Below are positions 41,976 through 53,756 of a DNA stretch of 64,000 bases, one piece after another. The position numbers and the translations under genes were made by a program. Where the stretch lies: positions 4,795,957-4,859,956 of the forward strand of contig MU053881.1 in assembly GCA_013239625.1 (NCBI GenBank), written 5' to 3'. Below the pieces are notes generated by a model that worked only from the letters and a program-made list of their open reading frames with translations, ran no database searches and was not told where the DNA came from. Positions within the stretch are counted from its first letter, which is position 1; each line of letters starts with the position of its first letter. The DNA comes from Lama guanicoe (Eukaryota).

Positions 41976-43171
41976 GACTGTATTCTTACTGAGTCCTTTC
42001 CTCTTCCTATTCAAGAATTACATTTGCCTTAAGCATCTAGATTATATTAGCAACCAATATTTAGATTTAATTTCAGTTTTACTGCTGACTGTGATTTGCT
42101 TTACACCATATTTTCCCAGTTCTTTTGTCCTTTATTTTATGTCCTCATTAAAAGATGGAATTAAAGATGTATCTCCTGTAATTTTTTCAGGAGGACTATG
42201 CAGATGGTATACTTAAAACAGAAAGCTCTGCAAGCTTGTAAAACGTCAAACCATATAAATATACAAATTGAAAGAAAATGAAGACAGTTTCTGAGTTCCT
42301 GCAGGTCTGAAACTGACTATGTTTGCCTTTGAATTTGAAAAACTGCTTGACTGACTATGGAATTCCTGGGCTACAATCTTTTACTTTTGATATTCTCTAA
42401 ATGTTGCTCACTGTCTTCTACTCTAAGGAAGCAGTCTGACATCAACCTTAGTTTTCCCTCTTTTCTGAGAACCAATGTTTTTTTCCAGTGGCTAATAGGC
42501 AGGATCCTTTAAATTTAAAAACTTCACTAGGATATATTCAGACATTGATCGATTTGTCATAGTTTGGGGTTTTTTTTTTTTGATCTTTGGTAAGTGAAGT
42601 ATTTTTTGGGTGAGAAATAACTTTTATTTCTTTGGTGCCTGCTTCTGTTCCAGCTTTCCTTTTACACCCATTTCTCTTTCCAGGGCACATAAACTGTGCA
42701 GACAATGTGTCTTGGGGAGTTTTCAACATGTTTCCTATCCTCTCTTCCATTCGTGTCCTTCCTTCAATCTTTTTCTCTGGGTTTTGGGAGAACTCCTCTT
42801 CAATCCACCAGTTCGGTATTTTGCAGTACCCAAATTCATTTTTCCCACCACATTTTTTAAATCTGATCATAATTTTCACCTCCAGGAATATTTTTCTGAT
42901 TCTCAGATTATTTACTTTTCATGACTGCCTAACTGTTTTCCAGAGGCTGTGTCCTCTCAAATCTTACTAAGAAGATAAATGAGAGCTTGTTTTTTTTCCA
43001 CCTTGTTTCTTTCTGGGTTTTTTTTTTTCCTATTAATTATGTTTGAAGGGAGATATTTGCTTTAATTTCTCCAGGCAGTCCTTTTCTTTTGGTTTACTGA
43101 ATTCTTTCCATATTCCAGGATTATTTTGCTGTTTTCTCATTCTTATAGGAATGGTGGTTTTGGTAACTCTA

Positions 43172-43374
43172 GTGGGGTGGTGATGGTGGAGATGGTGGTG
43201 ATGGTGACAGTGGTTGTGATGGTGATGATGATGGTTATGATGATGTGATGATGGTTATGATGATGTGATGATGGTGGTGATAGTGATGATGGTGGTGGTG
43301 ATGATGGTGGTGATGATGATGGTTGGTGGTGATGGTGATGATGTTGGTGATGGTGATGATGGTGGTTGTGGTAG
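43172..43374 (+). repeat. Imperfect (GAT/GGT)n trinucleotide repeat, ~200 bp
   Basis: GGTGATGGTGGAGATGGTGGTGATG... seen directly. Confidence 0.95.
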
Positions 43375-45219
43375 TCTCACCCCAGGGCTTTGTCAACCTT
43401 CATTGGTTATCTGCAGACCAGCTACACCCTGAATCTATAGGAAAGGCTCCTGAGGGCTATGGTCACCTGGGGTCTCTCTCCAGCTGGTCTTGGCCATTAT
43501 GAGGGCTATTCCCATCCTAGATGCTACCCAGCCCAGCCCAGAAGTCCCCACCCTCTTATCTCCATTCAGCCCAGCCCTGGGTGGGAGAATTGGCCACATC
43601 CTACAGCCACAGGCAGGCAGGGTCTGTAGCTGACCAGTCATGATACAAGAAGTCCTACGAGACAGACAAGGGCTTGTCTAGGGGAGCATGGGGGTGTGGT
43701 GTAGGGCAGGGAGGTCTTCTTTTGGAAGGGTCCATGGGGTAGTAGAAAAAGCACTAGTTTTAGCACCCACTGACCTACATTATCATCTCAGTTCTGCTAT
43801 CATTAGACCATGGGCAACTTGTTCCACCTTGCTAAGCCTTGATTTCCCTGACTGTAAAATGGGACTAATAAAGCCCCCCAGGCCACGTTGTTGGGAGTAA
43901 CGGGATAATGCAGGTTCTCAACAAACGTTACTTCCCTTTCCCATTTTGCATGCATCTGTCTCAAGCAGGAGGCTGAGCTTAAGGCAGTTTCAGTTTGAGA
44001 TCCCAAAGTGGAGATTCCTCATAGATAACCCCAGACAGGGGGAATTGGAGGCGGATGGTAGTATGGTCACAGCACAGGCTTTGGCCACAGACAGCCCCGA
44101 GCGCTGCATACTAGCTGCGTGACCTTGGCCAAGACACTTCACCCCGCTGCATCTTGGGTTGTTGTGCATCATTGGGATGATGGTGTCCTATCTCACAGAG
44201 CTGCTGCAAGTGGACACTGGGACACAGGAGCACTCACTGAATGCTCACTGTTAAAGAATTTGGAAATCACTGAATTGGGTTTGTACAATTTGAACAGAAA
44301 GATATTACAGTGTTTTCTGTGTCTGTTCACTAGCCAGTAACCGGCCACTATGACCGTTTCTTGCAAGAGGGATTGCCAAGGGCATACGTCCACTCTGCCA
44401 CCACTGTCCCTGGTCACACTGGCCATATTCAGAGTGGGCACGATAGGCCCGGAAAGGGGCATGTTAACAACCCTCACTTGGTCATGTTTGACCATCACGC
44501 AGTAGGAAAGGAGGGGGCTGGGGGCACTGCTTTCATGTTGTTCTATATTTACCTCCCACTGGCCTGTCTGTGGGACTGGGTGTGTGCTGATCCCTGCCCA
44601 GCGCCCCCCTGGCTCCCAGGGGCACCCTTATCGCTGGACACAGACACCTTATCTCCTGGGAGGCTCAACTGGCAATTTTCTTTCAGGTTGAAACCTCCAC
44701 AAATCAGTTTTCAGATGCTTTCTACGTGACAGCTTGTGGCTGTGGCCACCTCCCTGGTCCCCTCAACTTTGGTCTCTGTCCCTCCACAGTGGTTCAAAGA
44801 AGCTTTTGGAAACCTTTTTTCCCTCCAACAAGTTGTTATTCATTCATTCACTCATTCAGGCACTCTATCAATGTTTATCAAGACACGGCGCTGGGGCCTG
44901 GGGATACAAGTGCTAATAAGATATATATAAGGACCCTGCCCCTCCTGGAGCTTATGGCAAATAAAATAAGGATGTGGTAGTGAGCGCTGTCATATGAAGA
45001 GACAGGCAGAAAGGTAATAAAAGGGGGGCCACCTTTGGATGTAGCTGATGCATTGGGGTCCCCCAAAGATCTCCCAGGGGAGTAGGCTGGGTAGCTCCAC
45101 AGGTAAGCTGGTGACTTCCCCTAGGCCTGGTTCTCCCCCATATCCCGTTGACTCAGAAGTCTCATCAGAGTACTGGGATCAGATCCTCATCTCTAGGGGG
45201 ACTTACATGTTGTGCAAGC

Positions 45220-45772
45220 TGTTATGAATTGATCTGTCCCTTGTAAAGCTGTGTTGAAGTCCTAACCCGCAGTACCTCAAAATGTGACCTTATTAGGAAA
45301 TAGTCATTCCTTACGTAATTAAGATGCGGTCATTAGGGTGGGCCCCAATCCAACATGACCGGTGCCCTTTTTGAGGGGGGTTGGTAATCAGGTTTATTTC
45401 TTTCTTCTTAGAAGAGGTACTGGGGATTGAACCCAGAACCACATGCATGCTAAGCATGCGCTCTATCACTTGAGCTATACCCTTCTCCCTCTACCAGTGC
45501 CCTTATAAGGAGGGAAATTGGACACAGAGACAGACGTGCACTAGAGATGATGTGAAGACACAGAAGGCGGGGACGGCCATGTGGCGATGAAGGCAAAGAC
45601 TGGACTGATGCCAGGAACATCAAAGATTGCTGGCCACCACCAGAGGCTAGAAGAGGCAAGAAAGGACTCCCCTCTAGAGCCATCAGAAGGAGATGGCCAT
45701 CCCGACACCTTCATTTCAGACTTCCAGCCTCCGGAACTTCAAGACAGTAATTCTCTGTTGTTTTAAACCATC
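45220..45772 (+). mobile_element. MaLR LTR (MLT1A/B-type) with a nested SINE
   Basis: TGTTGAAGTCCTAACCCGCAGTACCTCAAAATGTGACCTTATT...GACTTCCAGCCTCC...TGTTGTTTTAAACCA. Confidence 0.8.
45370..45492 (-). mobile_element. tRNA-derived SINE (Vic-1-like) nested in an MLT1 LTR
   Basis: Reverse-complement head (...CACTTGAGCTATACCC); near-perfect TSD ACCGGTGCCCTT / ACCAGTGCCCTT. Confidence 0.88.
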
Positions 45773-48549
45773 TACTCATGAACCAAGTACTTACTGAGCA
45801 ACTACTATGTGCAGACATTGTGCTAGACCCTAGGGACACAGCTGGAGGCTTGGAGGCTGAGGTGGGGGGTACTTGGGTTAAAGGCCTGAGGCAGGAGTGG
45901 CAGGACCAGGACACTGTCATGGAAAGATGTTTATGGGTGAGACTGGAACCCAAGGCAGGGGAGGTGAGCACCCACTCCTCCCCAATGGACAGAACTGGGG
46001 GTACTGTGGGATGAGACCACCCAACAGCCCTTTCCTGTCCTCCTGGCTGCGGTGGTCACCAGGTTGCTTCTCCAGATGGACACATCATAGTAGATGAGGC
46101 ATCTGCTTAAAAAGCTAGTCCATCCAATAGTTAGGTCTCCCGAGGCTGCCCCAGATGACACCGGTTGGAGTCTGAGGCATTCCCAAAATTCTCCACTCAC
46201 ATTTACCAAGCTGTTACCAGTTTAACCCAGATGTCACCCAGGGCTCCCCCAGGGCCATCACATGGGCATTCTGTTGGCAAGGCACAGTGTGTTTGCCCCA
46301 GGTCACACCCCATTCTCACACCTTCTGCATGCCTTGCCCTTGTGGAAAGCATCTAGGATTGATTCCTGGCTTCCTCAGATTATCAGTAATGTTCCAGTTA
46401 TCTATTGCTGGGCAGCAAACCACCCCACTCTTCGTGGCATAAAACAACCTCCATTTAACTCTTCAGTGGGTCAAGAATTCAGATAAGGCACAGCGTGGAT
46501 GACTTGCCTCTGCTCTGTGAAGTCTGGGGCCCCAGCTGGGAGGCTGCAGTGGAGTCTTCTTCACACACCTGTCTGATGCTGGGCTGGGATGACTCAAAGC
46601 TTAGCTGGAACTGACAACCTAAGCATCTACACTGGCTTCTCCCTGTGCCTTGGGCTTCCTCACAACATGGCAGCCTTAGGGTAGTTGAAATTCTTACATG
46701 ACAGCTCATTCTTCAAAGTCAAAGGAGCCAGAGAACGAGGCAGAAGCTGTACAGCCTTTAAACACCTAACCCTGGAAGTCAGAATTGCGTCCGCTGGATT
46801 CCGCTGGTCAAAGCAGTCCAAGCCCTCGAGTTTCAAGAGGAAAGACATGGCGCCTATGGACATAGACAGTCAGTTACATCCACTAGGAAGGAACCAGACC
46901 TTCCTCAGGTCAAGGTACACCTCACCTGACTGACAACACCTGGCCCTCAAACCCCTTGGCGTGAAAAATCAAAGCCCTTCAAAGCCTATCACAGACTGGA
47001 TTCCTGCCTCCTCCTCTGGCCCTCTGAGCTCTCCCCAAACTGGTGGAATGCTCTCATACCAGGGTTCCAGCCGCTGGCCACTGTGGCCTCGAGGATCCAG
47101 GAACTTCAGAGGGTGCCATTGTGGCTGGCAGCTCCAGAGATTATCCTTCCAGAGGCTCTGGGCGCTATAAGGGGACACAGAGACCCACGTGGAACGCTGG
47201 GTCCTCAACCTGACAATGATGCCCCCTTGCCCTCTGCTAATGACTCAGCCATCTGTCTTCCCTCCTTGAACTCTGCTCCGCTGGAAGCTGCGCAGATCCC
47301 CAGCTGGGGCTTCAAAGTCGGTGGGTGGGGGGATGGAGTGGTCCTAAGCCTAGGAATCAGAATGGGAGCTGCTAGTGATTCTCTAGAGTTCCCGCCCCAA
47401 CTCATAACTACTCACAGGCGTGGACAGCTGAGTCTGGGCTGCACCCTTGAAAGGGCCACCTTTGAAGCCAGTGGCGACACTGAAAGGTCTCCTGAGTGGC
47501 GGGCACTGGCTCTGAGTGACTGAGACAGCGACCACCGGGGCCACACCTGGAAAGGCCACTCTCTCAAAAGGACCCACGTGCACTGCCAGCAGGCAAGAAG
47601 AGACAGGAAGAATGCACCTCCGCTGTCAGTGACCCCTGGTCCCCAGCAAAATGATGACTGTAGGATCTGAGGGGTCTGAGAGTCCAAGAACAAAGCCACT
47701 TCCCATTTTAGTTGACAAGACACAGCTGGGTCTTTTCCTGGTGGAAGTGATGCCAGAAGGAAGAGGACCCTTGCTCTTTGGAAGCAGGGGTTCTTCTCTT
47801 CCTCCCTCCCCTTCATTCACTCACTCATTTGTTGCTTCCATCATTCAACATGTAGTTGCTGAGAGCCCACTGCAGACACAGCCCTGCTGGGCTCAGCACT
47901 AGAGGTTAGCAGGTGGCCAGGACAACCCCTGGCCTCAGACCCCAGGTCATCCCAAGTCATCAGACCAGCCTGAGTTCACATCCCAGCCCTACCGCGTGCT
48001 GGCCAAGTCTCCGGGTGTGGTGGGCTGGATGGTGGCCCCTCAAAGATACACCCACATCAAGTCTCTAGAACCTGTGAATGTGACCTCATTTGGGAAAATG
48101 GCACACGGCAGGAGATCAGGAATGCTGGCTGTTTTCTAATGGGTCTGTGCCCCACCCACCCCACCACCACCCTCCTCACCAACCCCCACTATAATGGGCT
48201 CCTTGGTCTCCAGTGAATTTCTAAGTGGGGCCCTAAAAACAAAGATGCAAGATTGGATTCTGATGTCATTTAGAGGTTTTAAGAGAGGCTGCTCATTCTA
48301 TCCGTGAGCCTGAATTGCCTGCATTCCGTGGTGTACTGTTTGAAGGTCCTTGGGCTCCTGGACAAGAATGAATTCTACAGGGATTAGACAAGTCAAACCC
48401 ACACGTGCATAAGCTAAACGACGCTCTGCGCTTGGACTCCTGCCCCTGATCAGCACTTAGTAAATCAAGTGTGAATGAAATGAACCCCAGCATCCAGTGC
48501 AAAGCCTTCTTTTTTTATTTATATTCACCTGCACAAACACCTCATGTTT

Positions 48550-49250
48550 AGGGTGTTTTTAAACTTATTTGGAAATCTTTATGGACTCACAGGAAGTTAC
48601 AAAAATAGTACAGAGGAGTCCATGGACCCTTCATCCAACCTCCCTCAAAGATAACATCTTATAGAGCAGTAATCTAACACCCAAAGGAGACAGACCTGGG
48701 TATACTGCCGTGAACTAGACCACCTGCCTCACTCCTTTCTCACCAGTTTTCACATAAGTTCATTTTTGTGTGTGTTTCCATGTAATTTTACCCCATGGAT
48801 AGACTGGCATCACCACACCACTGCAATCAAGACACAGGGCAGTTCCATCCCCGCATAGGAACTTCCTCGTGCTGCCCCTCAGTCACAGCCCCCAACCCCG
48901 CTGTGCTCTCCATCTCGTTAAACGTTTTGTCGTTTTGAGAACTTTATACAAGTGGACTCACAGAGTACTCAACCTCTGAGATCAGCTTTCTTCACTAAGC
49001 ATCACTCCCCCTGAGATCCATCCAAGTGACTGCACGTATCAAGTTTGATCCTTTTCATCGCTGAGTAGTATTCTATCATGGGGATGTCCCACAATTTGTT
49101 GAGCCATTCACCCGCTGAAGGACTACGGTGAACTATTCCTAGTTTGGGGCTACTAAAGCCACTTGAACCTTCATCTATGGGTTTCTGTGTGGACATGTTT
49201 TTATTTCTCTGGGATAAACGCCCAAGGGAATGTTCAGTTTTAAGCCTGTT
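48550..49250 (-). mobile_element. Old L1M 3' fragment
   Basis: Antisense L1 3' UTR (ACTCACAGGAAGTTACAAAAATAGTACAGAG..., GAGATCCATCCAAGT...). Confidence 0.75.
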
Positions 49251-49972
49251 ATCTGGCACGCATCTGCTAAAGAGTTACAATCTGCAGAGTTTAGATTTTG
49301 TGTTTTAAGGCACTAGGTGGTCATTCTTCTAAAGGGAAATCGCTCTGTTCTCACATGGGTTTTATAAATGGGGCTTCTTCTATGTAGACTTCACATATGA
49401 TGCATGACTGAAACATTCTGCTGTACGCCAGAAACTGACACAACGTTGTAAACTGACTATACTTCAATTATAATAAAAACAATTTGCATTAAAGATTAAT
49501 ATTAATATTCTTTTTATCCAAGAGATAATCGTACTATTCTCATAACCAATTTGAAAAGCAGAAAAGAGACAGCCATTGTACTGCCATTCCTCAAATGATG
49601 ACACCGAAATCCATGGTTGATGTGGTTTTGTTTTTCATCCTTCCAAGCCTAAACTGTTGTAATGGACCACTTGTGGCCTCTCAGGGATGCTGAGGGGGGT
49701 ACAGAGGAGAGGATGCAGACAGCCTGGGGGGCCTGAATTAGAGGGCCAATGACAATGACAATGGCCCAGGCTTCTGGGTTCCTAGTCATTGCACTTTTCA
49801 ATGAAATATCTCAAAAAGACCAGAGGTTAAAGCAGTTTTATCAAAATGGTAATGTTTCTATGGCAAACTGCAGTGAACAAGAGGAATTTCAGGCATTTCT
49901 CTGTGGGGCTTAGTAAAAAAATTCACCACACCTTCGTAGCATATAATTCAGATTAAAAAAAATAAATTACCA

Positions 49973-50464
49973 GCAACATGGATGGACCTGGAGATTGTTA
50001 TACTAGGTGAAATAAGCCAGAAAGAGAAAGCCAATATCATATGATACCATTTATATGTGGAATCTAAAAAAAAAATGACACAAAGGAACTTATTTACAAA
50101 ACAGAAACAAACTCGCAGACATAGGAAATAAACTTAGGGTTACCAGCGCGGGCAGTAAGGGAGGAAGCGGTGGTGGGGAGGATTAAATGGGAGTTCGGGA
50201 TTTGCAGATACAAACTACTATGTATAAAATAGATCAACAAGGTCCTGCTTTATAGCACAGGGAATTATATTCAATACCTCGTAATAACCTATAATGAAAA
50301 AGAATAGGAAAAGGGATATATATAACTGAATCATTATGCTGTACACCAGAAACTTACATTGTAAATCAACTATACTTTCATTAAACGTAAATAACTAAAT
50401 AAATAAAAATTTAAAAATTAAATCTTTCGAAGTTAATATATTTAAAACTATTCAATGCAATCTT
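49973..50464 (+). mobile_element. LINE-1 3' end
   Basis: GCAACATGGATGGACCTGGAG... through the A-rich tail; 13-bp flanking repeat AAATAAATTACCA at 49960-49972 and 50465-50477. Confidence 0.88.
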
Positions 50465-51348
50465 AAATAAATTACCAAGAGTCAAATACATATTGAACAT
50501 GGAATTTGAATAAGTATTTTCAAAAAGTCTGGATGAGAATTTCCCCCTATAAATGCAAGTTTCGTGTCAAGCTTTGGGCTCATGGCCACCTGTGCTTCCT
50601 GCTTTAATGATGAGGGCTTCACATTCTTAATCATCATCACTGCCAAGAAATTTTGCTTTTCAAAGTGGTTTTAAAAAGGCTTAGAAAATTTTTTTGCCAT
50701 CTCAAAAAATTGACAATAGTCAAAATAACATTTAAAGAACCTCTTTTCCTTCACTGGCAATAATACTGTGGGAACTTCATGGGGTTCTGAATCCAGTCAA
50801 ATTTCTTCACAGAGTTTTGAAATGGTGACAAAGCCCTGACTTCTAGGACACCTGCGCATGGCTAGGCTGCCTGAGGTGGCATGATTCCCCTAAAGGAGAC
50901 ATCAGTCACACTGGCTGAAGCGTCTGTGTTAAGACAGCACCTACCCCTATCCTTCCCTTCCCATCCTTCCCTGTGGGCCCAACTGTGTCTGTTTCTGCCG
51001 CTTCTGAGCATCTGGAACACAAGCCCCAGCCCCGTGACCCTGGCCCATCTCAGGCAGTGGGCACTCTGCGGCTAGCTACGGTTGTTGACATCCAGGTGGC
51101 AGCGTCTCCTTGGCCGCACCCAGCATTCCACCCACACCAGGGCATGCCACTGAGGTTCCCATTGTCCAGCTCAGCCAGGCTGCCCTGAGGTGTCAGTGTC
51201 TCAGGCACACCTGAGCGTCTAAAGAAGCACACCTGTATGCCAAGCACAACCCACGTGCTCTGGTGTAGAAGACAACGTAGGGAACCTCAAAGTACCCCTA
51301 CCACCTGGTCCAGGAAGTAAATGATACGCAGATCCTACTAGAGCCCAA

Positions 51349-51980
51349 TGACACTGATTTACTGTAAGAAATACATATTTGGTCTTCGACCCCATTCCGG
51401 ATGCAGAGCTCCTAAAACCCTGAAAAATTCCTAAGTGAAGAGAGCAATAAAGGTGCCTTTTGTGATGTTAAAGAGGCATTGTTCAGAAAGCCCCTAGGTC
51501 ACCAAAGGATGGGGACTGGTTGCTAGAACCAACTACTTGATTAAAGAGAACTTTTAGTCCCTTCCCATTGACCTCCAGGGAGTGGGGATGGGAAAGGAGC
51601 TGGAGATCGAGTTCAATCACCAACAGCCAACCACCTAATCAATCTTGACTCTGTAATGAAGCCACCGTGAAAAACCAGAAGGATGGGGTTGGTGAGTAAC
51701 ACTGAGGAGAGTCGTGTCCTTCTGGAGGGCGTGGAAGCTCCGCCCCTTTCCCCATACCTTGCCCTATGCATCTGTCCCATCTGGCTCTTTCTGAGTCATA
51801 CTCTTTTATAAGGGTGGGGGGAGGTATTCTTGGAGGACAGAGCCCTTAACCTTTGTGTTCTGACGCCACCTCCAGGTACATAGTGTCAGAATGGAGTTAA
51901 ATTGTAGGACACACAACTGATGTGGGAGAATAGCTTGGTATGCGCGAAAAACCCACACAAGTTGGAACTGGGTGCAGAAT
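51349..51980 (+). mobile_element. MER21-like LTR
   Basis: AAGAAATACATATTTGGTCTT...AGAGCTCCTAAAACCC...GTGTCAGAATGGAGTTAAATTGTAGGACAC; an inverted relative lies at ~63 kb. Confidence 0.75.
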
Positions 51981-52409
51981 ATTAAGCCCCCTGCACGCCC
52001 GTCCCCAATTCCATCTCCTCTCACCCCTGCAAAGGTAGCCACTATCTTGATTTGGGTATTTATTATTACCATTCATTTTTTAATATTTTACTACATGTGT
52101 ATGTATCCATACCAATATAGAACTCTCTTGCATATTTACAAATTTAGCAAATAGTATTTGGCTAAGAATCCTTCCATAACTTAGTTTTTTGGGGTTTTTT
52201 TTTAACATTGTGTGATGTTTCCATGTTGATACATAGATTTCACACATTTCTTTTCACAGTTGCACAGTATCCCATGAAATACACTCCAATTTATCCTGTA
52301 AATGGACAGTTAACTAATTCCCAATATTTGCTTTTACAAATGATGCTTTAAGGCCTCTTTTATGTTTACATAGGTGCTTAGGAACCTGTTCAAGAGATGC
52401 TCTGAGGTA

Positions 52410-52838
52410 GCAGAACAGACGAGTGGTCAGAAGAACCCCGGGTCACCGGCCTATTCGAGGGGGTTCGTGAGAGCCCCCCTCTTCTAACTACAGATCTTCA
52501 TGAAGCCAGATTTTTTTCACCAAAACAACTTACCGCAACGTACAACGTAGAAACAGATACCAGAATCCAGCTGCTTCTGCTAAGCCAGGGAGTGAAGAGA
52601 TTTTCAAACATGTAAAACAATGCCAGCCGCTCACGAATCTTGTTTTGAAAAACACGGCTACTTGCCATTAAAATATTTTATGTTAAATTACCATTGGTTT
52701 ATTACTGTTGTTAATGAATTATTAGATGTTTTAAATTTCTCAGTTTTCATTTCTAAGATACGCACATAAACGAAAATTCTCTGGAGAGCTCATTTTTAAG
52801 GCTATAATAAGAGTCCCCCAAATTTCTGAGAACCCCTG
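52410..52838. mobile_element. Charlie1-type hAT fragment inside an old L1M
   Basis: AGAATCCAGCTGCTTCTGCTAAGCCAG...AAACATGTAAAACAATGCCA..., ends TGAGAACCCCTG. Confidence 0.7.
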
Positions 52839-53133
52839 TTCTCAGGTACATACCCCGGTGTGGAATGACCAGGATAGGTAGAATATGAACGTCCAGCTCC
52901 TCGAGATGAAGAGGGGGCGGCGGCGCCGGCGGCTGGGAGCCCGGAAACGCGAGCGCCGATGGGAGGTGGTTTGGACACAGCCGGCAGCCGTCGTTTCTAG
53001 AAAGGGTTTGGAGAAAGCTCTGCGGCAGCTCTGTTGATACCAGTGAACCAGGATCCGTTCCCCTAAATGTTGGAACAGTGCTCTGAAACTGCACAATGGA
53101 CCAAGGTCTTTTACTGAGTTGGCTGGCTCCTCT

Positions 53134-53756
53134 TGTTGCGAAAAATGTGTTACAGCTCAGTTGAAACAGCAACCTGGATCTGGGCGAGAGACCAAGCAGC
53201 ACTCGGAAAGCTGGAAAAATTCAGATTTATTACGCCAGGACACTCAAAAGACTTAATACTTCAAACTCTGAACCCCGGGTGTAGGTTTACACAGGCTTTT
53301 TATAGGCTGCCAGTTTTACACTTTGCAACATTGTATGCAAATAAGGTATAACAGAAGTTGACCAACCAGGAACACGCTTTCTAGAAATAGACCAATCAGG
53401 AGTGAGCTCCCCGCAAATGAACTACTACAAATGGACCAATCAGAAGTTAGAGAAGTGGGCCAATCAGAAGTGAGAGTAATAACCAATCAGAAGTGAGAGT
53501 AATAACCAATCAGAAGTGAGAGTAATAACCAATCAGAAGTGAGAGTAAAATAACCAATCAGAAGTGAGAGTAATAACCAATCAGGAGTGAAGGAAAGGGA
53601 GCGCAGAGAACCAATAGAATTCTAGGTGTAAGTTAGCCGCTTTAGAGGCAAAAAATGAGATAGAGCCTCTGGGCCAGGGAACCGGACGGTGCTAAGAGGA
53701 GAGCAGCGGCCCTGCGTAGGGGTCCTGCTGGTCTTTTTATGGGGCTTCTCTCTTCA
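53134..53756 (-). mobile_element. ERV1/gammaretrovirus-like solo LTR (623 bp) inserted in the retrocopy 5' UTR
   Basis: TG...CA termini; 4-bp TSD CTCT (53130-53133 and 53757-53760). On the minus strand it starts TGAAGAGAGAAGCCCC, then a repeat array, TATAAAA (53298-53304) and AATAAA (53226-53231), the expected U3-R-U5 order. Confidence 0.9.
53460..53590 (+). repeat. 23-bp tandem repeat CCAATCAGAAGTGAGAGTAATAA in the LTR U3
   Basis: Units start at 53460, 53483, 53506, 53529 (25-bp variant), 53554 and 53577 (partial). Confidence 0.95.

Noticed and set aside
51086..51104. CTCF-like site (also ~32613 and ~44599)
   Set aside because: Each mismatches highly conserved core positions; not supportable without a matrix scan or ChIP data.
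53460..53590. Regular 23-bp repeats suggesting a CRISPR array
   Set aside because: The units are head-to-tail with no unique spacers, lie in an LTR U3 in mammalian DNA, and there are no cas genes.
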